Positions 9,898-20,439 are shown, counted from the stretch's first letter. The stretch: DNA of 64,000 nt from an uncultured Candidatus Bathyarchaeia archaeon (GCA_964559475.1 CAZLHX010000001.1:49-64048), one strand, 5' to 3'. Notes: generated by a model not told the origin, from the letters alone. Translations and numbers: made by a program.

Positions 9898-11208
9898 ATG
9901 AATATTATAGAGAAATATTTTGAACAGAACGAAAAATCCAGACAGCAATTTGAACAGGCAAAAAAAATCCTACCATCAGGCAATACTCGAAGTGCTCTCT
10001 ATTGGCCTCCTTTCCCCGTTTATCTTGATAAAGGGAGGAGCAACACAGTGTATGATATTGATGGTAATAAAAGGATAGACTTCAACTACAACAACACCAC
10101 TCTAATTCACGGTCATAACCACCCAGACGTAATGAGAGCAGCACAGGCGCAAATAAGAAATGGAACCGTATTAGGCACTCCAACTGAAGCAGAGGTAAAA
10201 CTTGCAGAGGAGTTGACTTCAAGACTCCAGGGAGCAGATCAAATAAGATTTACACCTTCTGGTACTGAAGCAAATATGCAGGCCATAAGACTTGCGAGGG
10301 CTTATACCGGTAAGCCCATCATCGCTAAATGCATGGGAGCATACCATGGAAGCTGGGATGCGGTTCCTTTAACTCCCGATACAGTTGGTATACCAGACGG
10401 TGTTGAAAAAAATACCATTTATTTCCCTTATAATAACTCAGTGGAGGCTGAGAAGAAGATAAAGGAACATAGTGAAAACCTGGCTGCTGTTATTGTTGAG
10501 CCAACAATGAGGGATATGACTCCAGAACCAGGATTCCTCGAAACTATAAGAGAGGTAACCGAAAAGACCAACACCCTCCTCATTTTTGATGAGGTTATCA
10601 GTTTCAGATTGAGTCATGGAGGTGCCCAAGAATATTACGGAGTTACTCCAGATATAACAACCCTCGGTAAGATTATTGGAGGCGGGTTCGCCGTAGGAGC
10701 TTACGCTTCCACCGAAGAAACATTCGAGCCTATAATGATACCTCAAAAAGAACTACCTGAAGTATCATTCCCAGAACTTGGCTTCTCAGGAACATTCAAT
10801 GCACACCCTGTTTCAATGGCAGCTGGTTTAGCGGTCTTAAGAATGCTACGTCCTTCGGTATATGATGAGCTTGAAAGAATGGGACACCAGATTCGAACAG
10901 GTCTAAAAAAAGCTCTAGAAGAGGAGGAAGTATTAGCACATATTGGAGGAGCAGGCTCCCTATTTCATATAAACTGGACTGACAAGGAAGTAAAGGATCA
11001 TAACTCATCAAAAACAGGGGACAGAGCATTACATCATTATTTCAATCTTGGAATGATGAACAGGGGCGTATTCATACTCGGGCACCCCAACATATCAACT
11101 GCCCAGACACCAAGTGATATAAACTATCTAGTAAATTCCGCTCAAGAAACGATACAGGAAATGAAACCATTAATTGAGAAGAAAGCTCCACATCTTTTAA
11201 GAACCTAA
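9898..11208 (+). CDS. Class III PLP aminotransferase, glutamate-1-semialdehyde 2,1-aminomutase (HemL)-like
   Basis: 436 aa with FDEVISFRLSHGGAQEYYGVTPDITTLGKIIGGGFAVGAY, which includes the PLP lysine in TLGK. The N-terminal fold has GSA-AM-like length. Confidence 0.8.
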   Translation: MNIIEKYFEQNEKSRQQFEQAKKILPSGNTRSALYWPPFPVYLDKGRSNTVYDIDGNKRIDFNYNNTTLIHGHNHPDVMRAAQAQIRNGTVLGTPTEAEVKLAEELTSRLQGADQIRFTPSGTEANMQAIRLARAYTGKPIIAKCMGAYHGSWDAVPLTPDTVGIPDGVEKNTIYFPYNNSVEAEKKIKEHSENLAAVIVEPTMRDMTPEPGFLETIREVTEKTNTLLIFDEVISFRLSHGGAQEYYGVTPDITTLGKIIGGGFAVGAYASTEETFEPIMIPQKELPEVSFPELGFSGTFNAHPVSMAAGLAVLRMLRPSVYDELERMGHQIRTGLKKALEEEEVLAHIGGAGSLFHINWTDKEVKDHNSSKTGDRALHHYFNLGMMNRGVFILGHPNISTAQTPSDINYLVNSAQETIQEMKPLIEKKAPHLLRT

Positions 11209-11284
11209 AATTCTAAAAAAACTATTTTATCAAACAAGAAGTCTACAGAAAATGAAAGAAATAAGATGTAAAACTATTGAGTAC

Positions 11285-12130
11285 TTAAAGGTTAGTCTCC
11301 ATGACTATGAAATCTGATGGCTCAAGATCAAATCCATAATCAATAAATTTTTTCTCAATACTACCTGAAGAAGAAGGAAACAAACAGTTAATTGTTTCAA
11401 CATTTCTGCTTAATCCTTTTGCCATAGCAAAAGGAATAGACCTGAATCCGTCACCAGCAAATAAACCAATATGAAGCTGTTTCCAAGGCATAAAACGAGC
11501 TCCTAGGACGATTATACTATCAGTATCAATATCTCGATAAACCATACACCGCTCAATAAGATACTTCGCTAGTTCAAGGCTAATCTTGTAAAAAGTCCTA
11601 TTCATGACAATAAATCCACCCCACTTGGTAGAGTTTTTCATCATTAATTCGTAAGCTTCTATTTGATCGGTTACCTCTTGAAATTCAACATCAAAATCCT
11701 TTAAGCGGTCATTAGAGAGGCGGACACCTCTGAAGGACTCATCAAGTTTAAAGCCGTAACGCTCAGCGAGTCCTTTACTTACAACGTTATTTACACCGGT
11801 ATACATACGCATCGTTCTAACCCCATGACTACGCGCAATATCATAAAAATGCTCATAGAAGCGTTTACCAACACCTAATCCTTGTTTACTGGGTATTACT
11901 CTTAGAGTCTCCAGCCAGGCAGATCTATCAGGAAGTATTGTGAACTTACCACACCCTACTATTTCTCCATCTATCTCAGCTACACTGAATTCTCCTTTAT
12001 CATCAGAAACGAACATATCAAACACGTATGGGATGTATCTCAAATTTGGTGTTGATTTCGATTCAACCCAGATAACTTTCTCTCTATCTGCTGGTCTTGC
12101 TTTTCTCAATTTTATATCCAACAAATCCAC
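11285..12130 (-). CDS. GNAT-family N-acetyltransferase with an extra C-terminal domain
   Basis: 281 aa. The acetyl-CoA motif is RVIPSKQGLGVGKRFYEH. Confidence 0.7.
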   Translation of the reverse strand: MDLLDIKLRKARPADREKVIWVESKSTPNLRYIPYVFDMFVSDDKGEFSVAEIDGEIVGCGKFTILPDRSAWLETLRVIPSKQGLGVGKRFYEHFYDIARSHGVRTMRMYTGVNNVVSKGLAERYGFKLDESFRGVRLSNDRLKDFDVEFQEVTDQIEAYELMMKNSTKWGGFIVMNRTFYKISLELAKYLIERCMVYRDIDTDSIIVLGARFMPWKQLHIGLFAGDGFRSIPFAMAKGLSRNVETINCLFPSSSGSIEKKFIDYGFDLEPSDFIVMETNL

Positions 12131-12265
12131 CTGATATTAACCCGCAACATATGGATATTCTATTTTTTATTGTTTACCCATAAACCAGAGTTTACTACAC
12201 GTAGCTGTAGCACTACAATTATATTTAACAATGTTTTCTATAGCCTCTATAACCGAGGACACAAG

Positions 12266-13459
12266 ATGATGGAAAGAGAACTAGAAGAAACAAAGCAATC
12301 AAGATCTCTTGTATGGTCTGTAATACTTCTTCATATGCTAAACCACGTCATAAGCGGAGCTTTACCAATACTTTACCCAGACATTATGGAAGAATTCAAT
12401 TTATCATACTCCAGACTGGGTATCCTCCGTTCTGCTGCAACCTTTGCAGCAGGTTTCCCCCAGTTATTTGTAGGTATATTAAGAAGATGGTTTAGCGGAA
12501 GAATTCTGGTAGGGATAGGAAACGTCATAAACTCTATAATGAACATAGCTGCTGCCTTGAGCAGAGGTTTTTTCCAGTTCTTTGGACTTACGGTCATTGC
12601 TGGAATTGGTAGCAGTGCCCAGCATCCAGTAGGTGCATCAATTGTTTCAGCTGGAACGGATCCAGCAGAAAGGGGAAAAATGCTAGGATTAAACCAAGCA
12701 ATTCCCTCACTTGCATTCACCTTCACGCCCCTAGTAGCAGCTTATCTATTAACACAAATGGGATGGAGAACAGCGCTCGCATTACTCTCCTTACCTGCAC
12801 TGGCCCTATCAATGGTTATACTTTTCTTCATTAAAGGTAGCAAGACAATAGAGGCAACTACCAGAGATGCCTTAAATTTCAGTAAACTGAGAGAAGCGAT
12901 GCAAGACCGTAATGTTCTCTCAATAAGCCTGCTAAGGAGTGTAATGGCGTTCCGTCTGGGAGTAAGAACCTTCCTTCCTTTATATTTCATAGATATACTT
13001 GGATTTACATCAGAACAGAGCAGCATATTATACTCAATATTGCTTTTCGGTGGTGTTCTTGGGCCTTTTTTCTGGGGATGGCTATCCGACAGACTTAACA
13101 GAAAACCATTGATAATTGGGATAATGACTGCCAGCAGCTTTGGTTACTTTATGCTCAATTATATTACTGGTTATTGGTCACTGGCAATACTCTTATTTAT
13201 CATAGGATTTCTGGTTCAAACAGTAATTGTCCAGAGCGTATTATCAGACAGCGTTGAGAGCACACAGCTTGACCAGATCTTCGGGTTATACTTTACAATA
13301 GGATTCACAATTGCATCATTTTCTAGTGTTATCTTTGGATACATAGTAGAGATATTCAGCTTCAACCTAGGATTCACCTATATCGCAGCTGTAACCGGAA
13401 TATCAATAATTCCAGCTTTCTTCATTAGGGAACCAAGAAAACATCCAGAATATAGATAG
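12266..13459 (+). CDS. Major facilitator superfamily transporter
   Basis: About 12 predicted TM segments throughout. I place the start at the ATG at 12266 (MMERELEE), preceded by GAGGAC. The ORF-track extension from a TTG at 12170 looks non-coding. Confidence 0.8.
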   Translation: MMERELEETKQSRSLVWSVILLHMLNHVISGALPILYPDIMEEFNLSYSRLGILRSAATFAAGFPQLFVGILRRWFSGRILVGIGNVINSIMNIAAALSRGFFQFFGLTVIAGIGSSAQHPVGASIVSAGTDPAERGKMLGLNQAIPSLAFTFTPLVAAYLLTQMGWRTALALLSLPALALSMVILFFIKGSKTIEATTRDALNFSKLREAMQDRNVLSISLLRSVMAFRLGVRTFLPLYFIDILGFTSEQSSILYSILLFGGVLGPFFWGWLSDRLNRKPLIIGIMTASSFGYFMLNYITGYWSLAILLFIIGFLVQTVIVQSVLSDSVESTQLDQIFGLYFTIGFTIASFSSVIFGYIVEIFSFNLGFTYIAAVTGISIIPAFFIREPRKHPEYR

Positions 13460-13581
13460 AAATCAATAAATCATACATTTTCAAAGCATAATGAGACAGT
13501 TAATAATCTATTAAAACAAGAATTTTTATTTCAATTATTGATAGAACCCATAAATTTTTAGAAAAGACACTCCGTTAAGAA

Positions 13582-14442
13582 TCAAATACCTAGTATCTTC
13601 CTTGCTTCATCGGGAGAGGCTATAGGTCGCTCCAACTCTTTAGAAATATTTACCACTTTTCTAACAAGATGCGCATTACTCTCTGCAAGAACCCCTCTTC
13701 TGAGATATATGTTATCTTCAAAGCCTACACGTACATGTCCGCCCATAACCATCCCCACAGCAGCCATAGGAATCTCGTTACGACCAAGGGCACAAACACT
13801 CCAAGTCCAGTCATCTGGGATCTGATCTACGCTATACTGTAACATTCTCGGGTTTGGAAGAAATCCGGTTCTACCAACCATAACAAACTGTACGTGTAGA
13901 GGCCCAGGTACTATATCCTTGTCATTCAGCATCTTACAGACGTTTATCATTCCGGTATCATAAATCTCATGTTCAGGCTTGATGCCGTTCTCCACCATGT
14001 AGCTACACCACCTCTCAATCATTTTTACTGTGTTGAGAAAAATATCACCAGTAGGATGCTCTGCCCACCTATTCATAGTACCCATGTTTAAGCTCATCAT
14101 GTCAGCCCCTATCTTACAGCGCTCTTGAACAAGCCTATCCCAGACTTCGGGTGGATTTCCAACACGCCCACCCCCTGTTGTGACGTTTATCACCACATCA
14201 ACCTCATCCCTAATAGCCTCAATATAATTCTTTAAAACAGGATTGGGATCCCCCCTCCAAGGCTCACCCGTCTCAGGATCCTTGGCATGTAAATGAACAA
14301 TGCTTGCACCTTCATTCACACATGCATTAACTTCATCCGCGATCTCATCAACAGTACTAGGAACATGAGGAGTACTGGACTTAGATACGTATTCGCCACC
14401 TGTAACTGCAGCAGTTATAATCAACTTGTCCATAATAATCAT
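13582..14442 (-). CDS. Beta-keto acid cleavage enzyme (BKACE/DUF849, 3-keto-5-aminohexanoate cleavage enzyme family)
   Basis: 286 aa. LIITAAVTG at the N-terminus, IVHLHAKDPETG and the TIM-barrel length are typical of Kce/BKACE. Confidence 0.8.
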   Translation of the reverse strand: MIIMDKLIITAAVTGGEYVSKSSTPHVPSTVDEIADEVNACVNEGASIVHLHAKDPETGEPWRGDPNPVLKNYIEAIRDEVDVVINVTTGGGRVGNPPEVWDRLVQERCKIGADMMSLNMGTMNRWAEHPTGDIFLNTVKMIERWCSYMVENGIKPEHEIYDTGMINVCKMLNDKDIVPGPLHVQFVMVGRTGFLPNPRMLQYSVDQIPDDWTWSVCALGRNEIPMAAVGMVMGGHVRVGFEDNIYLRRGVLAESNAHLVRKVVNISKELERPIASPDEARKILGI

Positions 14443-14538
14443 ACTATATTGACGCCTGAACAGATAACATTTTACAACATTGGGATGTATATTTTCGCTA
14501 ATGTTTTATGAGCCCATTAACCAATTCTAGCCAACACA

Positions 14539-16386
14539 TTGTCGATAAAAATACTATTCAATCCCATTAACAGGGAGATAATGGCTGAAAAAGGGGACAA
14601 TCTACTCGAAAAAATGCGTGAGGAAGACATAAGAATTGAAGCACTCTGCGGGGGAAAAGGACAGTGCGGAAAATGCAAAGTTATATTAGATTCAGGCAGA
14701 GTAAAAAAGAAATCTACAACTCCAGACAAGTTCCTCTCCCCAGAAGAACTGAAACAAGGATATTATCTGGCATGCATGGTTGAACTCTTAGAGGACTGCG
14801 AGTTTACCATTCCAGCTGAGAGTAGGATAGAGAATCCAAAGATACTTCTAAGCAGTAAAATGGAGCTACCGGAGCCAAAGACTGCTATTAAAAAATACCT
14901 GATAGAGCCCATGAGAAAGACAAGTACCAGTCTTTTGCTTCAAAGCAGAGGAGTAAGGCTCCGAGAGTATAATGGACCATCACCCAGAATATCAGAGGGG
15001 ATCAATACTCAAATTAACAAGATCGGGGAAGGAGAGATTGCTACCGCTACGATTAGCCGAACTAGGGGATTTCCAGAGATAATTAATGTTGAGAAAGGGG
15101 ATACAAGAGATGAAAAATATGGATTAGCTATAGATATCGGTACTACTACAGTGGTGGTTATGCTCGTAGCCTTAGATACGGGTGATATCCTTGAATACGG
15201 GTCCGGGATGAACAAACAGATCACATACGGAGAGGACTTAGTAACTAGGATCGCATATACTAGAAGACCTGATGGTCTAAATAAATTGCAAAGCGCTGTT
15301 GTAGAGACTATTAATGGTATCATAAAAGATGTAAAGGATAAAACAAGTTTAGACATTCTGCAGATTCTCGATGTATCAGTTGGTGGTAACACAGTCATGA
15401 ACCACCTATTCGCAGGACTTGAGTCCACCTACTTAGAGTTAGCAAACATAGAAGTCCCGCGGGATCCCATCATTGTGAAAGCCAGAGATGTGGGATTAGA
15501 GATTAATCCAGAGACTTACATATACTGTCTTCCGAATGTAAGCAGATTCCTAGGGGGGGATGCTATAGGTGATGTCCTTGCGGGCAACATGCACAATCGT
15601 GATGAAATGAGCTTAATGGTGGACTTGGGTACCAATGGTGAGGTGATCTTTGGAAATAGGGAGTGGTTATTCTCTGCATCTTGTGCATCTGGACCAGCTT
15701 TTGAGGGAGAGGGTGTACGTCATGGTATGCGTGCATCGGTTGGAGGGATCGATCATATAAAGATTGACGATGAGAAATTGGAATCAGAGATATCTGTAAT
15801 TGGAGACGCTAAACCCAAAGGGATCTGTGGCTCAGGGCTTATCGACCTAGTGGCTGAGCTATTTAGAGTAGGCATCTTGGACTTTGCCGGTAAACTTGTT
15901 CCAGATAAGCCTCACGTCAGGGAGGGCAAGTGGGGGCTAGAGTACGTCGTAGTCCGCGAGGAGAAGACTTCCATTGGTAAAGACATAGTGCTTACTCAAC
16001 ATGACTTAGATTATGTTATAGATTCTAAGGCAGCAGCTTGTGGAGCCATAACGGTCCTGATGAAGAAACTCAAGATAGGAATAGAGGATGTAAAAAACAT
16101 CTTCTTGGCTGGTGCTTTCGGTACCTTCACAGATCTGGAAAACGCGAAACGTCTGGGGATATTCCCAGAGTTCCCCAACGGGATCATTATTCCTATAGGG
16201 AATGGGTCACTCTCAGGAGCATATGCAACACTTATGTCAACTGATAAGAGAGAAGAGGCAAAAGAAGTCGCAAAAAGGATGGTGTATATCGACCTGCTTG
16301 TAGACATTGAGTTTATTGATGAGTACAGTAAAGCCCTTTACCTTCCTGGAGATAAGGAATATTTCCCAACTCTTAGCCAAGCTTAA
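14539..16386 (+). CDS. Reductive activator of corrinoid Fe-S protein (RACo; ASKHA ATPase with an N-terminal 2Fe-2S ferredoxin domain)
   Basis: 615 aa. It has a plant-type ferredoxin motif (CGGKGQCGKCKV...C) and ASKHA motifs LAIDIGTTTV and VDLGTNGE. TTG start. Confidence 0.85.
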   Translation: MSIKILFNPINREIMAEKGDNLLEKMREEDIRIEALCGGKGQCGKCKVILDSGRVKKKSTTPDKFLSPEELKQGYYLACMVELLEDCEFTIPAESRIENPKILLSSKMELPEPKTAIKKYLIEPMRKTSTSLLLQSRGVRLREYNGPSPRISEGINTQINKIGEGEIATATISRTRGFPEIINVEKGDTRDEKYGLAIDIGTTTVVVMLVALDTGDILEYGSGMNKQITYGEDLVTRIAYTRRPDGLNKLQSAVVETINGIIKDVKDKTSLDILQILDVSVGGNTVMNHLFAGLESTYLELANIEVPRDPIIVKARDVGLEINPETYIYCLPNVSRFLGGDAIGDVLAGNMHNRDEMSLMVDLGTNGEVIFGNREWLFSASCASGPAFEGEGVRHGMRASVGGIDHIKIDDEKLESEISVIGDAKPKGICGSGLIDLVAELFRVGILDFAGKLVPDKPHVREGKWGLEYVVVREEKTSIGKDIVLTQHDLDYVIDSKAAACGAITVLMKKLKIGIEDVKNIFLAGAFGTFTDLENAKRLGIFPEFPNGIIIPIGNGSLSGAYATLMSTDKREEAKEVAKRMVYIDLLVDIEFIDEYSKALYLPGDKEYFPTLSQA

Positions 16387-16451
16387 CCTTTAACTTATCC
16401 GATATCAGTATATCCATATTAAAATAGCACACGCAAGGTAACGATGGCAAA

Positions 16452-17222
16452 ATGGGAGAAACAATCGTAATTACAGGCAGAGGAGGAACAGGAAAAAGTA
16501 CTTTCACTTCCTTATTTTCAAGGACTTTAGGAGAGAATGGTATAGAACCTCTACTAATGATAGATTCTGATCCAGATGAGAGTCTAGCAGATATGATGGG
16601 TATTAATCTCAAAAGCAATGGTAAGAAATCTATCGCAGAAGTTCTCGGTGAAATACTTAAAGAAAGAAAAATGTCCCAGATGGTAGGAATGTCCCCTACA
16701 GATAAGATAGAACCCTTCCTCTTTCAAGAGACTCTATGGGAGGGGAGAAGTTATTTCGATTTCCTTAAGGTAGGAGTTAAGTGGATAGAAGGGTGTTATT
16801 GTTTACCAGACAGGGCTCTAAGCCAGATTATGGATAGGTGGAGTGAAAACTATGTCTACCTGATCGTGGATAGCCCTGCAGGTGTGGAACATCTTAACAG
16901 ACGTATAACTAAAAAGGTGAAGGATGTCTTCAATATACTTGATCCATCAAAAAAGAGTTTTGATAATGCATTTAGAACTCATAAACTAATGAATGAAGTA
17001 GACATCGAGTTCGATAACTATTACTTGGTTGGCGGGTATAGATTCCCAGAATCTCTAGTTAAAGAAGCGAAAAAACAGCCCTTCAAATTCCTGGGAAAAA
17101 TTGAAGATAATGAAAAAGTTATGAGCTACAACCTTGAAGGAAAGCCATTACTAGATCTACCGAAAGATAACCCCACTTATCAATCAGTGATCAGTATTGC
17201 AAGAAAAGCTGGATACCCCTGA
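16452..17222 (+). CDS. CooC/AcsF-type Ni-insertion ATPase, paralog 1
   Basis: 256 aa. The deviant Walker A is GRGGTGKST and the CxC metal motif is EGCYCLP. Confidence 0.8.
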   Translation: MGETIVITGRGGTGKSTFTSLFSRTLGENGIEPLLMIDSDPDESLADMMGINLKSNGKKSIAEVLGEILKERKMSQMVGMSPTDKIEPFLFQETLWEGRSYFDFLKVGVKWIEGCYCLPDRALSQIMDRWSENYVYLIVDSPAGVEHLNRRITKKVKDVFNILDPSKKSFDNAFRTHKLMNEVDIEFDNYYLVGGYRFPESLVKEAKKQPFKFLGKIEDNEKVMSYNLEGKPLLDLPKDNPTYQSVISIARKAGYP

Positions 17223-18029
17223 GTGAAATATATGAAATTAGCTATAGCAGGCAAAGGCGGTGTAGGAAAAACTTTCACTTCAGCAACTCTATCGAGATTA
17301 TTAGCCAGAGAGGGTTATAGTGTACTGGCAGTTGACGCTGATCCTAACTTCAACCTCGCTTATGCCCTCGGTATTGAGAGAGAAAAAGCTGACGAGATCA
17401 CTCCCCTAACGGATAATGATGAATTAATTAAAGAAAAAACAGGGGTCTCATCAGAGGAGTCATATTCTCCAGTATTCAATATGACTCCAACCGTAGATGA
17501 TATTGTAGACAGGTTCGGAGTAAATACCCCCGGCGGTGTTAAACTTCTAGTAATGGGAACAGTGAAAGGGGGTGGAACAGGTTGTATGTGTGGAGCCAAC
17601 GCACTATTACGGGTTCTGATTCAGCATATCTTGATACAGAGAGGAGAGATTCTTGTTATGGATATGGTTGCAGGGCTTGAGCACCTTGGTCGAGGTACAG
17701 CGAGAAGAATGGATGCCATGCTTGTGGTTGTTGAGCCGCGAATGAAGTCAATGGACACCATCAGAAGGATCCTAAAACTATCTGATGAGATTGAAATTAA
17801 AGAAATAATGGCTATTGGAAACAAGATATCCAATAAAAATGAAGAAGAATTCATCAAGAACCATATGAAAAAACTAGGAATACCCATAGTTGCAATGATA
17901 CCTTATGATGAATCAGTCGGTGAAGCTGATATGGAGGGAATACCTGCAGTTGAACATAATCCTGAGTCCCCCGCAATAAAAGCTGTGGAAAACCTAATGT
18001 ATACACTCATTGAGAGATTTAATCCATAA
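17223..18029 (+). CDS. CooC/AcsF-type Ni-insertion ATPase, paralog 2
   Basis: 268 aa. Walker A is GKGGVGKTF and the CxC motif is GTGCMCGA. Start is GTG at 17223 or ATG at 17232. Confidence 0.85.
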   Translation: MKYMKLAIAGKGGVGKTFTSATLSRLLAREGYSVLAVDADPNFNLAYALGIEREKADEITPLTDNDELIKEKTGVSSEESYSPVFNMTPTVDDIVDRFGVNTPGGVKLLVMGTVKGGGTGCMCGANALLRVLIQHILIQRGEILVMDMVAGLEHLGRGTARRMDAMLVVVEPRMKSMDTIRRILKLSDEIEIKEIMAIGNKISNKNEEEFIKNHMKKLGIPIVAMIPYDESVGEADMEGIPAVEHNPESPAIKAVENLMYTLIERFNP

Positions 18030-18038
18030 AGATCCTCA

Positions 18039-18878
18039 ATGAAGATTAAGACCATCACCTTTCAAACCAAATACTGGAGACCAGGAACAGATTATGTAAA
18101 TGAAATAATCAAAAAAATTTCTCCTCATCTACAACATGGGGACATTATATCGGTATCAGAAAAAGCAATATCAACTGCTACTGGCAATATAGTAGATGAA
18201 GCTAAAATAAAACCAGGAAAAATGGCAAAACTTCTCGCCAATATATGGACGAGGAAAATGTGGGTGAAATTCTTAGGAAAAATTTGCAGATTAAAAACCC
18301 AAACACTAGAAAATCTAAAAAATTACCCTGATATAGAAGGCTCTCGTCACAAAGAGGTAGCGTTACGTTATGCTGGTCTCTTACAGAGCTTAAGACATTA
18401 TTCAGAAGGGGGTATTGATGCAAGCAACTTGCCTTATTCCTATGTTAGCCTTCCTTTGTATGATTCAGAAAAAATCGCGAAAAAAATCAAAGAGAAAATA
18501 GACAATTCTTGTAAGAAAAAAGTGACTGTCATGATATGCGATGGCGATACCACCCATAGTTGGAGAAATCTGCATCTCGCACCTAGAAAGGTATCTACCC
18601 CAGGTTTGATACATTTCGGAGGATTCTTGACTTTCGTAATAGGAAGAGCCTTAAGGCTAAAAGAAAGACAAACTCCGATAACAATTTCTGGAGAAGGTAT
18701 AAATCCTGACCGTCTTTTATGGCTGGCTCAACTCTTTCACAAACTATCTGGAGGTGGAGCAGGGAGAACTGTTTGGAGTATGGCAGAAAAAATGGAAACC
18801 GAGCTTACTGGGATCACATATGAAATGCTCGAGTCTGTACCTCATTTTCCTATTACAATAATTAGAATACTCAACTGA
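18039..18878 (+). CDS. CofE-like (F420-0:gamma-glutamyl ligase family) protein
   Basis: 279 aa. VSEKAISTATGNIV and EGGIDASNLP resemble the CofE/F420_ligase core. The specific substrate is unknown. Confidence 0.55.
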   Translation: MKIKTITFQTKYWRPGTDYVNEIIKKISPHLQHGDIISVSEKAISTATGNIVDEAKIKPGKMAKLLANIWTRKMWVKFLGKICRLKTQTLENLKNYPDIEGSRHKEVALRYAGLLQSLRHYSEGGIDASNLPYSYVSLPLYDSEKIAKKIKEKIDNSCKKKVTVMICDGDTTHSWRNLHLAPRKVSTPGLIHFGGFLTFVIGRALRLKERQTPITISGEGINPDRLLWLAQLFHKLSGGGAGRTVWSMAEKMETELTGITYEMLESVPHFPITIIRILN

Positions 18879-20439
18879 ATAAGGAGTCATCCTGTACATA
18901 ACTTCTACCCAGTTTTAAGGCGATGAAAGCTTTCTCTAGTTCCTTGCCAAGATAAGCAGCGTGGTCAAATTTGCTTATTAGGTTTTCTCGTATAATTGTT
19001 TGATAGATTTCTCTGGAATTAGACCCCTTAATGATAATGTCGGGTTCTTCTTCCCCTATATTGTAATGTATGGCTGCTATGCTATTGGTCTCCCTATCAA
19101 TAAGGATCTTAAACCATCCTTCGGGGTCCATAATAAACTCGTCCTCTGGATATCCCCTTATAACATCGTAATTTATCTCTAAATCACTATTATAATCTGG
19201 TTCTACTTTGCGTTTCTCTTTTAGAACTAATAGATCTATTCCTAGATCTTTAGGGATTGCCCCTTTCATCTGTGCTAGCCACATCATCTTTGAAGCTGTA
19301 ACAGCCTCTTTTACGCTTCCATATGCTTTGTCACTGTACTCTGGAATATGGAGCATGTTTGCACCTACTTCAGAAGCAAGAGCTGTTAATGAGGCATTTA
19401 CTCCCACAGAGTCAGCGTCTATTAGCTCCGTTACATTTCCCATTCCGAATAGAATGGGCATATCTGAGTATTTTTTCTTGAACATTCTGTAGGAGTCTAG
19501 AGAGTCCATTAATCCAGGGTTTATCAAAGGCTCTACCACGAGATCGGCTATTATTTTCTTTACCCCTCGCTCTTTAGCAAGTACAATATTAGTTTCCATT
19601 TTTCGAACTCTTTGTTCTGGTTTACGAGGTAAATATCCTTCTTTCATATTTGTGGGGAGAAGGACGATCGCTGTTTCCGCTATGCTTGATGTTATTTCAG
19701 ACATGTTTCCTGCATCTAAGCTTAGGATCAAGTCGACATCCAAGTCTAATGCCGTGTTAATCTCATCGGGATCAAGTGAGTCTATACTTATGGGTAGTCC
19801 TGTAACATTTCTAATAGTCTGAAAAATATTTTCTATAGAGTCAGGCATGGGGTTTCCTGCGAGCATCCCCACGTCAATTATATGAGCACCCTTGTTTTCA
19901 TAGTAGATAGCTTTCTGCTCAATCATTTCTAAATCCAGTAGAGGTGCATTAACAATCTCTGCGATAATCCTCATGGGAAACCCATTTCCGACTGGAACAC
20001 GAGCCCTTCCTTTACCAATTATAATTCCTCCCTTAGTCTTTAGGACTCTTTTCCAGTTTTCCTCTACTTTCCTGATCTCGGATAACGCTTTCTCTCTAAT
20101 CTGTTCTCTCAACATCAAATTTGCAGGCTGTTCCTTACTTAGAGAGACCTCTGGGTCAAGAGCTAGGAGAATCTCAGAAGCATGGATGGGTCCCTTGTAC
20201 GTAAGTATTCCTGTCGCCTTCTCTACCACTGTAACGTCCCCGCTGATAGTACCAGGAACTAGTATCATATCATAATTGGGAAGAGTTTGATTCTCTAGAT
20301 TTCTGGCAATCATCTCAGGGGTTAAGAATGCTGCGACAGTAACAGGCATTACAAATACATCTATCTCATGTTCTAAACCTGAAATACCCCTTCGAACCTC
20401 AGCTTCAGCTACTCTTCCGGTAACAACAAGAACCTTCAA
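18871..20439 (-). CDS. Dihydropteroate synthase-related protein of methanopterin biosynthesis (MJ0107-like, with a C-terminal DUF4346-like domain)
   Basis: 522 aa. The central pterin-binding TIM barrel carries AHIIDVG and ISIDS. The length and three-domain layout match the archaeal DHPS-related family. Confidence 0.75.
   Translation of the reverse strand: MKVLVVTGRVAEAEVRRGISGLEHEIDVFVMPVTVAAFLTPEMIARNLENQTLPNYDMILVPGTISGDVTVVEKATGILTYKGPIHASEILLALDPEVSLSKEQPANLMLREQIREKALSEIRKVEENWKRVLKTKGGIIIGKGRARVPVGNGFPMRIIAEIVNAPLLDLEMIEQKAIYYENKGAHIIDVGMLAGNPMPDSIENIFQTIRNVTGLPISIDSLDPDEINTALDLDVDLILSLDAGNMSEITSSIAETAIVLLPTNMKEGYLPRKPEQRVRKMETNIVLAKERGVKKIIADLVVEPLINPGLMDSLDSYRMFKKKYSDMPILFGMGNVTELIDADSVGVNASLTALASEVGANMLHIPEYSDKAYGSVKEAVTASKMMWLAQMKGAIPKDLGIDLLVLKEKRKVEPDYNSDLEINYDVIRGYPEDEFIMDPEGWFKILIDRETNSIAAIHYNIGEEEPDIIIKGSNSREIYQTIIRENLISKFDHAAYLGKELEKAFIALKLGRSYVQDDSLFS

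Noticed and set aside
12170-12265. The TTG-initiated N-terminal extension of the MFS transporter given in the ORF track.
   Set aside because: The extension is not hydrophobic or transporter-like. An ATG with an upstream GAGGAC at 12266 gives a normal MFS N-terminus.
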